Assembly (NCBI GenBank): GCA_023818965.1
Contig: JAMWCD010000003.1
Span: forward strand, 126,533-190,532
Origin: Candidatus Omnitrophota bacterium
GTDB lineage: Bacteria; Ratteibacteria; UBA8468; B48-G9; DTJG01
DNA: 64,000 nt
Direction: 5' to 3'
Part shown: in pieces, positions 29,384 through 39,260 of the stretch
Layout of the letters: each line of letters opens with the position of its first letter
How positions within the stretch are numbered: the first letter of the stretch is position 1
Made by a program: the position numbers and the translations under genes
Notes under the pieces: model-generated
The model's database searches: none
The model's input: the letters and a program-made list of their open reading frames with translations, nothing else
Told to the model about the DNA's origin: nothing

Positions 29384-29388
29384 TTGGT

Positions 29389-30423
29389 TTAGATGCTACC
29401 GAGAAATCTCAAAACATCAAAAAATAGTACGATAATTCCGATCCCAATAACGATTCCTGAAATCACAATGATGATTTTCTTTACATCGGGACTATAAACC
29501 TTTTGAGGTGGTATAGCCCTATCAAGAACCTGAATGAAAGGAGTGTTCTTTGTTTCATCTAATTTTGCTGTTTCAAGCTGGTTTGTTAGAAAAGAATAAA
29601 GGGATTCCTGTGCTTTCAGTTCTCTTAAAATTTGTGTCAGTTTTGTTTGGTAGGACGTTAATCTATCTATTTCATTTTGTAAATCCCTTATTTCTGCAGC
29701 CAGCAACAAAACCTCGGGCTGGTCGGGTTGATATATTCTTTTCAATTTCTCAAGTTCAAGTTTTTTCTCAGATAGTTTCGTCATCAATTCTGTAGCAAGA
29801 GTACTGATTTCGCCTGTATCCTTTATTGCAAGAAGTTTATTCCCCTGCTGAAGATGATTGAGTTGCTCCTGAAGCATTGCAAGAGTTTTTCCTGTGGTTG
29901 CGAGCCGTTCTTCTATGAAAATCCTGTTCTTTTTTGCTGTGGTGATTGTCATTTCTTGAAGAAGTTTATCAAGATTTTCCCAGAAAAAATTTGCTATCTC
30001 AGCAGCCCTTGTTGGATCTCTGTCAATGACGCTGATTGAAATTACTCTCTGGCTTGAAGAAGAAATAGAGCAACTTGCCTGCAAAATTTCTCTCACTCTA
30101 TCAATGTTCGATATTCCATAGACAGAAGGAAGATTGAACTTATGAATAATATCATCGTACATCCTTCTGCTTGTCAGGATTGACATAAAAAGTTCAGTAC
30201 CTGTATCCTGTTTTTCCGTTGTCTTGGATTTTGTGGCAACATCAAGTCCTTCAATACTGCCTATGGGTTTTAAAATTGCGGCAGTTGCCCTGTAATATTT
30301 TGGCGATATCATATAATAAAGAGCCCCAAGAATTACCCCGAGTATCCAGAACAACACAATGAACAATATGTGTCGCTTAAAACTCGCAATTACTCTTTGA
30401 TTTCTTGTTGTTTTTTCCATCAC
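29389..30423 (-). CDS. polysaccharide chain-length determinant (Wzz/GumC-like), no kinase domain
   Basis: TM helix, about 250 aa of coiled-coil periplasmic region, then a C-terminal TM helix. Coupled (ATGA) to the Wza-like gene. Confidence 0.65.
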   Translation of the reverse strand: MMEKTTRNQRVIASFKRHILFIVLFWILGVILGALYYMISPKYYRATAAILKPIGSIEGLDVATKSKTTEKQDTGTELFMSILTSRRMYDDIIHKFNLPSVYGISNIDRVREILQASCSISSSSQRVISISVIDRDPTRAAEIANFFWENLDKLLQEMTITTAKKNRIFIEERLATTGKTLAMLQEQLNHLQQGNKLLAIKDTGEISTLATELMTKLSEKKLELEKLKRIYQPDQPEVLLLAAEIRDLQNEIDRLTSYQTKLTQILRELKAQESLYSFLTNQLETAKLDETKNTPFIQVLDRAIPPQKVYSPDVKKIIIVISGIVIGIGIIVLFFDVLRFLGSI

Positions 30424-32237
30424 ACAATAATCATCTTCACATAATAAAGCATCTGTAAAATGTCCTTAAGAATTTTCCCTGGTCTGTCTTTTGCAAGAAA
30501 ACCTACAACAATAACATCACCAGGGTCAATCTTCTTTAAATCAGTACTGGCTGTTCCATCTATTTTAACAATAAATATATTTTTTGTATCTGCATTCTTG
30601 GTAAAAGACCCTGCCTTATTTATATAATAATTGACATCTGCTCCATTTTTAAACAATACATTTGCAGGATGATTCACTTCTCCCACGACACTTACAACTG
30701 TAGGTTTTGACGGAATATGAATAGAATCTCCATGTTCAAGTAGAATATCTGATTCTGAACCCTTGAATTTTTCCCAGGGCTCAAGATGTACAATAACCCT
30801 TCCAGTAACAGGAGCTTGAGCAAGTTGTTGAAGTAATGTTTTACTTTTTTCAATGAGTGCTTTTTCTTCTTCACTTTCTGTTCTTCCTGCTTCCTTTTCA
30901 AGAACTGTTTGTTTCTCCATAATAAACTTTTCAAGTTCCTGTTTTTCCCTTTGTTTCACAGATACCCTTGTAAATATTACGCCTGGAAGATATGCCTGTG
31001 GGGTAAAGCCACCGGCTCTGGATATCAGTGAACTCAATGTTTCTCCTGGATAAATCACGTATTCTCCAGGGAATTTGATTTCCCCTGAAATTGTAGCTTT
31101 TTTCAAAGGTCTTTCCTTTGACCTTATAACAATTCTGTCCCTTGGTTCAAGCTTTATATCTTTTATTTTTTTCACTGCATCAATAAGTGAAAACTGGATA
31201 ATTTCCCTGTTACCGGTTTCTTTTTCCCTTATAATTTCTGCCAGTTCAACAAGTGTATCCGGTAAAAAATCGGTTTCTGAAATAATGTCAGAAACAAACA
31301 AATTTTGCTTCCACTGGTACTTTCCTGGATTTCTAACTGTTCCCTCAACAAATATACAGTCAACAATATCTTTACTGATAAAAGAAATTTCAACCTCATC
31401 GCCATCTTCAAGAACAAATTTTTCCAGAGCATCTTTTTCAATCTGTGGGAAAATATCAATCAATTTTTTGCCTGAAGTGTCATTTCGTATTACAGCAATC
31501 CTTTTTGTGTCAGCATCAGACAAAAAACCGCCAGCAAAATCAATCAATTGCTTAATCGTAACTGGTGCAACAATTTCATATATTGCAGGTCTCCTTACTG
31601 CACCCTTAATGCTTACAAATTTGCTGCCCAGAGGTACATATACAGTATCTTCAGGATAGAAAACGATTTCAGGAAGTCCTGAACCAAAAAATACAGGATA
31701 CAGGTCGACCTCCTGTTTTGTCCCATCTCTCCTGATGATGCTAATTTTTCTCATACTTCCTTTTTCTGTTATTCCACCCGCCATACCAAGAACTTCCATA
31801 ATGGTGCTGAATGGAGTAATGGTATATGTCCCTGGTTTTTTCACCTCCCCCATAACAAACACATTGATAAGACGGGCTCTTGTCAATGTTAATTCAAGTT
31901 TGACATTCCTGTATGTGCGATTAAATAAATCCTGAAGATATTTTCTTGCTTCAATAAGGGTTTTACCTGATAGATGAATTTTCCCCAACCTTGGAATTAA
32001 AATATTTCCTTCTCTGTCAATTTCAAGTTGCTGACGAATTTCGACAACTCCCCAGACAGAAATTTCAATCTGGTCACCTGGTCCAAGGAAATATTTCTCG
32101 GGTATGAATCTAACAGCTTCAGGAGAAGTTAAATTTACATTTGAAAAAAAATCCTGCCCAAATATTTTCAATTCCTCACTGAACAAAGAATGTTTAAAAA
32201 GAAAAAGGATCAATGTTAATAAGCAAATTTTTCTCAT
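30420..32237 (-). CDS. polysaccharide export protein (Wza-like, multiple SLBB domains)
   Basis: Signal peptide. FGQDFF...LGPGDQIEISVWG Poly_export motif. Repeated SLBB-like segments (PGTY/PGKY/PGEY ... GG). Confidence 0.8.
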   Translation of the reverse strand: MRKICLLTLILFLFKHSLFSEELKIFGQDFFSNVNLTSPEAVRFIPEKYFLGPGDQIEISVWGVVEIRQQLEIDREGNILIPRLGKIHLSGKTLIEARKYLQDLFNRTYRNVKLELTLTRARLINVFVMGEVKKPGTYTITPFSTIMEVLGMAGGITEKGSMRKISIIRRDGTKQEVDLYPVFFGSGLPEIVFYPEDTVYVPLGSKFVSIKGAVRRPAIYEIVAPVTIKQLIDFAGGFLSDADTKRIAVIRNDTSGKKLIDIFPQIEKDALEKFVLEDGDEVEISFISKDIVDCIFVEGTVRNPGKYQWKQNLFVSDIISETDFLPDTLVELAEIIREKETGNREIIQFSLIDAVKKIKDIKLEPRDRIVIRSKERPLKKATISGEIKFPGEYVIYPGETLSSLISRAGGFTPQAYLPGVIFTRVSVKQREKQELEKFIMEKQTVLEKEAGRTESEEEKALIEKSKTLLQQLAQAPVTGRVIVHLEPWEKFKGSESDILLEHGDSIHIPSKPTVVSVVGEVNHPANVLFKNGADVNYYINKAGSFTKNADTKNIFIVKIDGTASTDLKKIDPGDVIVVGFLAKDRPGKILKDILQMLYYVKMIIV

Positions 32238-32262
32238 TTTTCCCTCAATGTTATTTATTCAT

Positions 32263-32290
32263 AAAATATCACTGATAGAAATTTAGTCAA
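32263..32290 (-). promoter_or_regulatory. sigma70-like promoter for the wza-like operon
   Basis: Minus strand: TTGACT (32285-32290), 16-nt spacer ending in TGA, then TATTTT (32263-32268). GAGGG SD before ATG 32237. Confidence 0.5.
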
Positions 32291-32300
32291 GTCCTGTTAA

Positions 32301-32343
32301 AAGAAAAACGGGCACAGACCACAGAGACAAAAAGTTTGTGCCC
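32301..32343 (-). terminator. rho-independent terminator after the DegT-family gene
   Basis: Minus strand GGGCACA(A)AC ... GT(C)TGTGCCC stem, followed by GTTTTTCTTTT. It begins 11 nt after the stop codon. Confidence 0.6.
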
Positions 32344-32354
32344 TCTTGATATTT

Positions 32355-33614
32355 TTATTTCATATATGCTTTTGCAACCTTTTCAAATGCATCAACATAA
32401 AGTTTCATATGCTTTTCTTCATAAACAGGATGAGTGAAGAATGACATTGTTCTTTCAGAAAGCCATTTCGCCTTTTTACACTCAACCTTTGTATAATCAA
32501 TCTGTCTTGCATTTGGATCCTTAAACGGATATTTCAATCTACCAAAACCATTTTGCTCAACATATGCCTTTTCTTTATACATTTCTGGCCACTGGACACC
32601 ATAAACAGGAACTCCTTCTGCCTCCATAGCAGCAACAAACTGTTTTACAGATACCTTGAGTTTTTCAGCATTTAGAACAAATGGTGCCCACCAGAATGCA
32701 TTCTGTCTTTCCTCTGTATCAACTGGTGGATAAAGAACAAGTGGATGGTCTTTCAATGCATTTATTAGATATTTCCCATTTTTCTTTCGATTGGGAAGAT
32801 TCCATGTATCAAATCTTTCAAGTTCGCACAATCCTATAAGAGACTGAATCTCTGTCATCCTGTAATTAAATCCAACCCTTTTGTGGATGTATGTCAACTT
32901 CGCTTCAAGTTCAAGAAGTTTTAATCTTTGTTGAACATCGTAACCATGATCCCTGAATGATTTACACTCCCAGTGAAGATTTTCATCGTTGGTAATAACA
33001 GCACCTCCTTCTCCTCCTGTTGTAAAATGCTTACTCTGACAAAAACTGAAACAGCCAACATCTCCAATTGTACCTACCTTTTTCCCTTTATAAATACCGC
33101 CAAAGCACTGGGCACAATCTTCAATCACATAAAGATTATGTTTTTTCGCAATCTCAAGTATTGGATCCATATCAGCGACAACACCATAAAGGTGAACCAC
33201 AATAATTGCCCTCGTCCTTTCATTAATATGCTGCTCAATCCCTTTAGGGTCAAGGGTATGAGATTCGTCAACATCAGCAAATACAGGAAGTGCTCCTGCC
33301 TGAAGCACACAAAAGGAAGACGCAATAAATGAATATGAAGGACATATCACCTCATCACCTGGTCCAATTCCAAGGGCTGCGACAGCAGTATGAAGTGCAC
33401 TTGTTCCATTTGTTGTTGTAATGGCATACTTTGCCCCATTCCATTTTGCCCATGCTTCTTCAAACTGAGTTCCATAATTGCCTGTCCAGTAATTAACTTT
33501 TCCTGTTTTTAATGGCTCAACAACTTTTTCAATGGTTTTTTCAGAAAATGCAGGCCACATTGGAAACGGGGTATTATTAATTTTTGGACCACCTTCTATT
33601 GCAAGTTTTGCCAT
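32355..33614 (-). CDS. DegT/DnrJ/EryC1/StrS family PLP-dependent aminotransferase
   Basis: GDEVICPSYSFIASS and FSFCQSKHFTTGGEGGAV (PLP-Lys region). Confidence 0.85.
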   Translation of the reverse strand: MAKLAIEGGPKINNTPFPMWPAFSEKTIEKVVEPLKTGKVNYWTGNYGTQFEEAWAKWNGAKYAITTTNGTSALHTAVAALGIGPGDEVICPSYSFIASSFCVLQAGALPVFADVDESHTLDPKGIEQHINERTRAIIVVHLYGVVADMDPILEIAKKHNLYVIEDCAQCFGGIYKGKKVGTIGDVGCFSFCQSKHFTTGGEGGAVITNDENLHWECKSFRDHGYDVQQRLKLLELEAKLTYIHKRVGFNYRMTEIQSLIGLCELERFDTWNLPNRKKNGKYLINALKDHPLVLYPPVDTEERQNAFWWAPFVLNAEKLKVSVKQFVAAMEAEGVPVYGVQWPEMYKEKAYVEQNGFGRLKYPFKDPNARQIDYTKVECKKAKWLSERTMSFFTHPVYEEKHMKLYVDAFEKVAKAYMK

Positions 33615-33679
33615 TTTTTCCTCCTGTTAAAAAATGCTTTTTTTGATATTTTACCTCTTTTGGTCGCTCTGTCAAAAAT

Positions 33680-34435
33680 TTATTTTTTCCTTTCCAAAAA
33701 TTTCTTGAAGTTGTTCAAACATTTTTCAACACAAACAATTGGTTCATAAGCATAACTTTCCTGCTCAATAATGTACCATTGTGTATTTCCAATTGTACTG
33801 CACAATTCAATTACATTATCCCATGGAATTTCTCCTTCTCCAATGATGGCTTTATCGTTCTTTGATGAAAACTCTTTCATATGGATTGTGTCTGATCTGC
33901 CAGGGAATTTTTTCAAATAATCAACGACATTGCCACCGGCACGCATTGCGTTTCCGGTATCAAATTGCATGATTACATCCTTTGATGTTTTTTCGAAAAA
34001 TACATCCATTGGAATTTTTCCTTCGAGTTTTTCAAACTCAATCCAGTGATTGTGATAGCCAGTTTTCATTCCATAACTTTTTAATCTTTCAGCAATCTGA
34101 TTAAATAATTCTGCTGTCTTTTCCCATGCCTGAATTGAATTGCGATATTCTTCTTTGAGTCCAGGGACAATCAGGTATTTGTTGCCAAGAATCGCATTAA
34201 ACTCAACTGTCTTAAAAAGTTCGTCCCCAAGAAGTGTTTCAAGCCCTGTATGTGTACCACAACAAACAAGATTAAGATCTTCAAGAATTTTTCTCAATTC
34301 CTTTGCTGTTTTTCCATGATACCCTGCAAATTCAACGCCCTGATAACCCATTCTTGCAATTTTTGTCAATGTCCCAACAAGGTCTTTCGCACATGCTTCT
34401 CTCACTGAATAAAGTTGAAGCCCAATATTTGCCAT
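33680..34435 (-). CDS. sugar phosphate isomerase/epimerase (xylose isomerase-like TIM barrel)
   Basis: MANIGLQLYSVRE and GYQGVEFAGYHGK, 251 aa. TAGGAGGGGAAA SD. Confidence 0.75.
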   Translation of the reverse strand: MANIGLQLYSVREACAKDLVGTLTKIARMGYQGVEFAGYHGKTAKELRKILEDLNLVCCGTHTGLETLLGDELFKTVEFNAILGNKYLIVPGLKEEYRNSIQAWEKTAELFNQIAERLKSYGMKTGYHNHWIEFEKLEGKIPMDVFFEKTSKDVIMQFDTGNAMRAGGNVVDYLKKFPGRSDTIHMKEFSSKNDKAIIGEGEIPWDNVIELCSTIGNTQWYIIEQESYAYEPIVCVEKCLNNFKKFLERKK

Positions 34436-34610
34436 TTTCCCCTCCTATCAAAAGGTAAATTTGAAAAAATTTTACATTTTCTTAAAATGCCTGTTACAAA
34501 AATTGACATAACAAATCCAGTTTTTCCTTCACAAAATTTTCGTCAGAAATTACTCGTCGTTGATTTTTAATTAAATTTTTTACCTGTTCAGATCACACGC
34601 AATCTCCCTG

Positions 34611-35915
34611 TTATTTGCCTGATAAACACGCTTTATATTTCTCTATAGAACATTTGAGAAACTGACTTAATTTTTTATTCCTGAATACAGGGTCTTTCCA
34701 GTTTTTAATCAATTCATCCTGTTGTTTTTGCTTGACACAAATTGAGAAAAATTTATCCCTGTCACATTTTCCCTCAAGTACCCTTTTATATGCTTTCCTG
34801 GCAAGGGGCGCACAATCAATGGCAAAAACTCCTGCAAGGTCATTAACAAGTGCCCATCTTTGAGAAGCAAGTTTAAAATCAAAGGAAAATTCAAGTTTTT
34901 CTTTGTATGGATTTACTGTCGCTGTTGGGTTATTTTCATAAACAGATGGCTTTATAGCAAGCCGGTTCAAAGAGTATTTTTTGGGTCCTTTTTCACTACC
35001 TTTTGGATACATCCATAATCTCTGACATTCATCTGTGAGTAAAAACTCAATGAAGATTTTTGCATTTTCTAAATTCGGTGCTCCTTTCAATATTCCTGCA
35101 CAATCAGGATTGATAACTGTTTGATGTTCAGGAAGGACAAAACACATATTTTCAACTCCATTAACTTCAATTTGTGCCAGTGCATATGAATCAATACAAA
35201 GAGAAACAGCATTCTGTCCTATTGCAGTATCTTTTGCTGATTGCGATGCACTTGCGGGAACACTGGTGCTATTTGTAATAATTCCAATTATTGTTTCCCA
35301 TCCCTTTTCCCATCCATTGGATTGTAGAATAATTTCAAACATCATATGCATACTGCCACTATGCCGTGGGTCAGATACCCCTACCCAGCCATAGTAAGTC
35401 GGAAGGGTCAAATCATTCCATTTTTTCGGTACAGGTGCCTTAATAAACTCAAGCACTTTTTTATTACAGAGAATTCCAAAACTGGAAAGTACTATTCCAT
35501 ACCAGGTATAATCCTTATCATAATTCGGAATACCATTACAAAATGGAGGAATTTCTTTCAGTATTTTCTCTGATACCCTGAATGGTATCAAAAAACCCTC
35601 TTCCTTTAAACGAAGATATGGATCAAGTCCTCCTCCAAAAAAGATATCAATGCCAGTACTTTCAGGATTTTTTTTAAAAAGTGATTCCACATATTTCAAA
35701 TCATCAGAACTTCCACCCTGGTCAATCCATTCAATTTTGATATCAGTGTTTTTCAATTTTTTATAGTATTTTTTGAACGCATCTTCAATTTCAATCTTCA
35801 CACCTTCCCAGTGAGGACTGATAATGACAAGTTTTTCCTCAGCAATACACTGCTCTGAAATAAGAAAAATGCAGAAAATCCCTGCAATTGTGAATAATTT
35901 ATTCTTTCTTTTCAT
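34611..35915 (-). CDS. periplasmic solute-binding protein (Fe3+/polyamine-type ABC SBP fold), orphan
   Basis: Signal or anchor KLFTIAGIFCIFLISEQCIA, then KLVIISPHWEGVKIEIEDAF...WIDQGGSSD. Start set at ATG 35915, which overlaps the lipA stop (ATGA). Confidence 0.6.
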   Translation of the reverse strand: MKRKNKLFTIAGIFCIFLISEQCIAEEKLVIISPHWEGVKIEIEDAFKKYYKKLKNTDIKIEWIDQGGSSDDLKYVESLFKKNPESTGIDIFFGGGLDPYLRLKEEGFLIPFRVSEKILKEIPPFCNGIPNYDKDYTWYGIVLSSFGILCNKKVLEFIKAPVPKKWNDLTLPTYYGWVGVSDPRHSGSMHMMFEIILQSNGWEKGWETIIGIITNSTSVPASASQSAKDTAIGQNAVSLCIDSYALAQIEVNGVENMCFVLPEHQTVINPDCAGILKGAPNLENAKIFIEFLLTDECQRLWMYPKGSEKGPKKYSLNRLAIKPSVYENNPTATVNPYKEKLEFSFDFKLASQRWALVNDLAGVFAIDCAPLARKAYKRVLEGKCDRDKFFSICVKQKQQDELIKNWKDPVFRNKKLSQFLKCSIEKYKACLSGK

Positions 35916-36769
35916 TTTTGAAACCCATTTTCCATTGCAAGTTCTGCCATATAAGAACTTCTGCAAAAAACCCCTGCAAAAACTTTCTTGAAACCCATTT
36001 TTTCACCAATAATCCTGTACCTGTCAAATACTTCAGGTCTTACAAATTCTTTAACATCAAGACAATCACGGGATGGTTTGAGATACTGTCCGATAACAAA
36101 AAAATCACAATCAATTTTTCTCAGGTCTTCCATTACTCCTATAACCTGTTGTTCTGTTTCACCAAGTCCAACCATAATACCTGATTTTGTCAGAAAATTC
36201 CTTTTTTTTGCAATTTCAAGAACACTGAGAGAAACATTATAATTTGCCTGTGGTCTTACAATTGAATAAAGAGATGGTACTGTTTCAAGATTATGTGCAA
36301 TCACATCAGGTCGTGCATCAAGTACTGTCTTAATGGCAGAATAACTTCCCTTAAAATCAGGTATCAATGGTTCAATTTTTGTTTCAGGATTTATTTCTTT
36401 AATGCGTCTGATGCAATTTGCAAAGTGCTTTGCCCCACCATCATCAAGGTCATCTCTTGTGACTGATGTGATCACAACGTATTTTAGACCAAGTTCCCTG
36501 ACAGCATAAGCAATATTTTCAGGTTCCCCCATATCAACATCTGCTGGAAAACCATAATGTTCAACACTACAAAATTTGCAGTTCCTTGTACAAACATTCC
36601 CGAGAATCATAAATGTTGCATATTTTTTTGAAAAGCATTCATAAATATTCGGGCATCTGGCACTTGTACAAACAGTGTTGAGTTTATATTTTTTTATAAT
36701 TTCTTTTGTAAAACCAAAGTCCTCATTCGTTGTAATTTTCTTTCTCACCCATTCTGGTAATCTGTTCAT
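35912..36769 (-). CDS. lipA: lipoyl synthase
   Basis: CTSARCPNIYEC auxiliary-cluster motif and CTRNCKFC radical-SAM CxxxCxxC. Start ATG 36769 overlaps the lpdA stop (ATGA). Confidence 0.95.
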   Translation of the reverse strand: MNRLPEWVRKKITTNEDFGFTKEIIKKYKLNTVCTSARCPNIYECFSKKYATFMILGNVCTRNCKFCSVEHYGFPADVDMGEPENIAYAVRELGLKYVVITSVTRDDLDDGGAKHFANCIRRIKEINPETKIEPLIPDFKGSYSAIKTVLDARPDVIAHNLETVPSLYSIVRPQANYNVSLSVLEIAKKRNFLTKSGIMVGLGETEQQVIGVMEDLRKIDCDFFVIGQYLKPSRDCLDVKEFVRPEVFDRYRIIGEKMGFKKVFAGVFCRSSYMAELAMENGFQK

Positions 36770-38085
36770 TTTTTTGTTCTCGGTATGTGAAGTGGAATAT
36801 CCTGGCAAACAAACAATGTTTCCATCAGTATTTCAGAAAATGTTGGATGACTCCAGTATGCTTTTAACATATCTTCAACTGTAAGACCTGCAACCATTGC
36901 GATTGACGCAGTATGAATAATTTCAGTTGCTCCTTCACCAATAATATGAACTCCAAGTAATTTTTGTGTTTGCTGGTCAACAATGACTTTTGCAAGCCCT
37001 GTTGTTTCACCATAGGTATGTGCCTTTCCAAGTGCCTGATAGGGAAATTTACCTGTTTTGATTTTCATATGTTTTTCAAGTGCCTGTTGTTCTGTTAAAC
37101 CAATTAAACCAATTTCAGGCAATGTGAAAATCGTTTCAGGAATATTATTATAAGAAATTGTTTCATTTTTCCCTGCGCAATTTGAAGCAGCGACTTCTCC
37201 CTGTTTTGTCGCAACATAAGCAAGTTGCCATTTCCCTGTTACATCACCAGCAGCAAAAATACCATCAATACTTGTTTTCATTGTTTCATCAACATTAATA
37301 CCTTTCTCTGACATTTCCAGCCCTGAAATATTTATTGAGTCCAGTAATGGTTTTCTGCCTGTTGCCCACAGTATTTTTTCCTCCTTTATTTCATCGGTGC
37401 AGTTGATTTTTATACCTGTTTTTACATTGATTCCCTTTTGAGCAAAAGTTTTTTCAAGAATTGAAACAATTTCTCTATCCCTTCCAGGAAGAATTTGATT
37501 CATCATTTCATAAATTGTGATTTTTATGCCAAAACATGAAAGAATTGAAGCAAATTCACAACCAATGGGACCTCCGCCGATAATTGCAAGGGACTCAGGC
37601 AGTTTTTCAAGATTCCATATTGTATCGCTTGTGATAATTCTCGGGTCTGAACAAAAAATTTCAGGAATATTTGTACTGGCACCAGTAGCAATGACAATAT
37701 GTTTCGTCTTAAGAATCTGTCCATTTACTGAAACTGAAAATGGTTCATTAATCTGACAATGACCGCTGATATAATCAACGCCATTTGCTTTCAAAAGCAT
37801 TCCAACACCTGTTCTCAACCTTGAAACAACACCAGTTTTGATATAATTGATAAGTTCATTCCAGTTGACAGAATTATTGTAATTAATCCCGCCAAAATGA
37901 TATTTACTTACCTTTCTTGCAGCATTGAACAGTGCTTTTGTAGGAATACAACCCCTGTTCAGGCAACAACCACCAAGTTGCTCTTTTTCAATCAAACATG
38001 TTTTAAGTCCATACTGCGCACATCTGATAGCACACGGATAACCTGCAGGTCCTCCTCCAACAACAATCACATCATATTGACTCAT
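36766..38085 (-). CDS. lpdA: dihydrolipoyl dehydrogenase
   Basis: YDVIVVGGGPAGY FAD motif, GGCCLNRGCIPTK redox disulfide and C-terminal HPTFSE. AAGGAGG SD. Confidence 0.9.
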   Translation of the reverse strand: MSQYDVIVVGGGPAGYPCAIRCAQYGLKTCLIEKEQLGGCCLNRGCIPTKALFNAARKVSKYHFGGINYNNSVNWNELINYIKTGVVSRLRTGVGMLLKANGVDYISGHCQINEPFSVSVNGQILKTKHIVIATGASTNIPEIFCSDPRIITSDTIWNLEKLPESLAIIGGGPIGCEFASILSCFGIKITIYEMMNQILPGRDREIVSILEKTFAQKGINVKTGIKINCTDEIKEEKILWATGRKPLLDSINISGLEMSEKGINVDETMKTSIDGIFAAGDVTGKWQLAYVATKQGEVAASNCAGKNETISYNNIPETIFTLPEIGLIGLTEQQALEKHMKIKTGKFPYQALGKAHTYGETTGLAKVIVDQQTQKLLGVHIIGEGATEIIHTASIAMVAGLTVEDMLKAYWSHPTFSEILMETLFVCQDIPLHIPRTKK

Positions 38086-38103
38086 CTTGCCTCCTTTTCC
38101 TCA

Positions 38104-38136
38104 TTCCGCAGCAGGGCGGAATAACCCCTTTAGGGG
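38104..38136 (-). other. two short GC stem-loops between the tRNA 3' end and the lpdA SD (possible processing or structured spacer)
   Basis: CCCC-ttta-GGGG (38125-38136) and TTCCGC-agcagg-GCGGAA (38104-38121). Neither is followed by a clear U-tract on the minus strand. Confidence 0.4.
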
Positions 38137-38140
38137 AAAA

Positions 38141-38214
38141 CGCGCTTGGTGGGAGTCGAACCCACAGCCTCTGGCTCCGGAGGCCAGCGCTCTCTCCTGT
38201 TAAGCTACAAGCGC
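38141..38214 (-). tRNA. tRNA-Arg (anticodon CCG)
   Basis: Hand-folded cloverleaf from GCGCTTGTAGCTTAACAGGAGAGAGCGCTGGCCTCCGGAGCCAGAGGCTGTGGGTTCGACTCCCACCAAGCGCG. It has a 7-bp acceptor stem, a D-loop with GG, anticodon stem CTGGC/GCCAG with loop CTCCGGA, and T-arm GTGGG-TTCGACT-CCCAC. CCA is not encoded. Confidence 0.9.
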
Positions 38215-38225
38215 AAACTATGATG

Positions 38226-39260
38226 TTATCTTGCGCCTATCATCTTTGTAAACGGACAAAGATGACTATTGTCTGCTATTGCAAAATCTTTTAGTTCACA
38301 ATTTTCGCCAACAATAGTTGAATTTCCAATAATACTTTTTTTTATGAAACTATTTTTCCCTATAAACACATTTTTGAATAAAATTGAATCTTCAATTACT
38401 GAACCCTCACCAATAACAGAATGCTCGCCAATAATCACTGTCCCTCTGATTTCAACATTATCTCCAAAAATAACATTTTTCCCGGTAATCAATCTTCCTT
38501 TAACATGCACAAAAGACGATACGAATTCCTTTTGCAAAGGAATTTTTCCTGATGCAATTTTCATTTTGCCACTGGCAACATCCATATTTGCAGTCCAGTA
38601 TTTCTCAATTGTCCCAACATCAATCCAGTATCCTGAATGACGATATGCAAATATTTTTTTTCCTGAACTAATTAACTGTGGAAATGTTTCCTTTTCAATA
38701 GAAACAACGGTCCCGGACGGTATTTCATTTAGAATTTCAGGTTGAATAATGTAAATTCCTGCGTTGATTAGATTTGATTCAGGTACTTGTGGTTTTTCAA
38801 CAAATTTCTGAATTCTGCTTTCGTTGTCAATACAGATAACACCAAAATCTCCTGGATTATCAATTTCAACTACTCCAATACTGACATCTGCATTGTTCTT
38901 TTTATGAAACTGTAACATCTGCGTTAAATCAAAATCACTTAAAATATCGCCATTAAAAACAAAAAATGCTTCTTCGTTCTTTAAAAATTTTTCTGCATTT
39001 TTTATTCCACCTGCTGTTCCAAGTGGTTTTGTTTCACAGGATAAATACAGTTTTATTCCATATGATTTCGCCATCGAAAAGAGATTTTTATATCTTTTAC
39101 AGAGAGGACTTGCCGCAAGAACAACAGTATCTATGCCATGTCTCCCAAGCAGATCAAATTGATAGTGAATCAAGGGAACATTTGCTACAGGCAAACATGA
39201 CTTTGGAGTCGTAAAAGTAAATGGCCTGAGTCTTGTCCCCAATCCACCAAGTAATAGCAA
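38226..39260 (-). CDS. sugar-phosphate nucleotidyltransferase with C-terminal hexapeptide-repeat domain
   Basis: LLLGGLGTRLRPFTFTTPKSCLPV signature and an LbH tail. There is no ATG start. Candidates are TTG 39260 or ATT 39269, the latter preceded by GGGAG. Confidence 0.8.
   Translation of the reverse strand: MLLLGGLGTRLRPFTFTTPKSCLPVANVPLIHYQFDLLGRHGIDTVVLAASPLCKRYKNLFSMAKSYGIKLYLSCETKPLGTAGGIKNAEKFLKNEEAFFVFNGDILSDFDLTQMLQFHKKNNADVSIGVVEIDNPGDFGVICIDNESRIQKFVEKPQVPESNLINAGIYIIQPEILNEIPSGTVVSIEKETFPQLISSGKKIFAYRHSGYWIDVGTIEKYWTANMDVASGKMKIASGKIPLQKEFVSSFVHVKGRLITGKNVIFGDNVEIRGTVIIGEHSVIGEGSVIEDSILFKNVFIGKNSFIKKSIIGNSTIVGENCELKDFAIADNSHLCPFTKMIGAR

Noticed and set aside
29384-29388. Looked for SRP RNA (ffs) upstream of dnaX, as found in some bacteria.
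   Set aside because: Only 5 nt separate dnaX from the wzz-like gene. No conserved SRP domain IV sequence was seen nearby.
31075-31659. 194-aa plus-strand ORF. Similar long antisense ORFs occur at 16620-17081, 28494-28991, 6172-6570, 10233-10628, 13370-13711 and 47542-47931.
   Set aside because: All lie opposite well-supported genes (wza-like, dnaX, gmk, alr, rny and others). They have Ser/Ile/Phe-rich low-complexity sequences typical of the antisense frame of real genes, and no SD or independent spacing.
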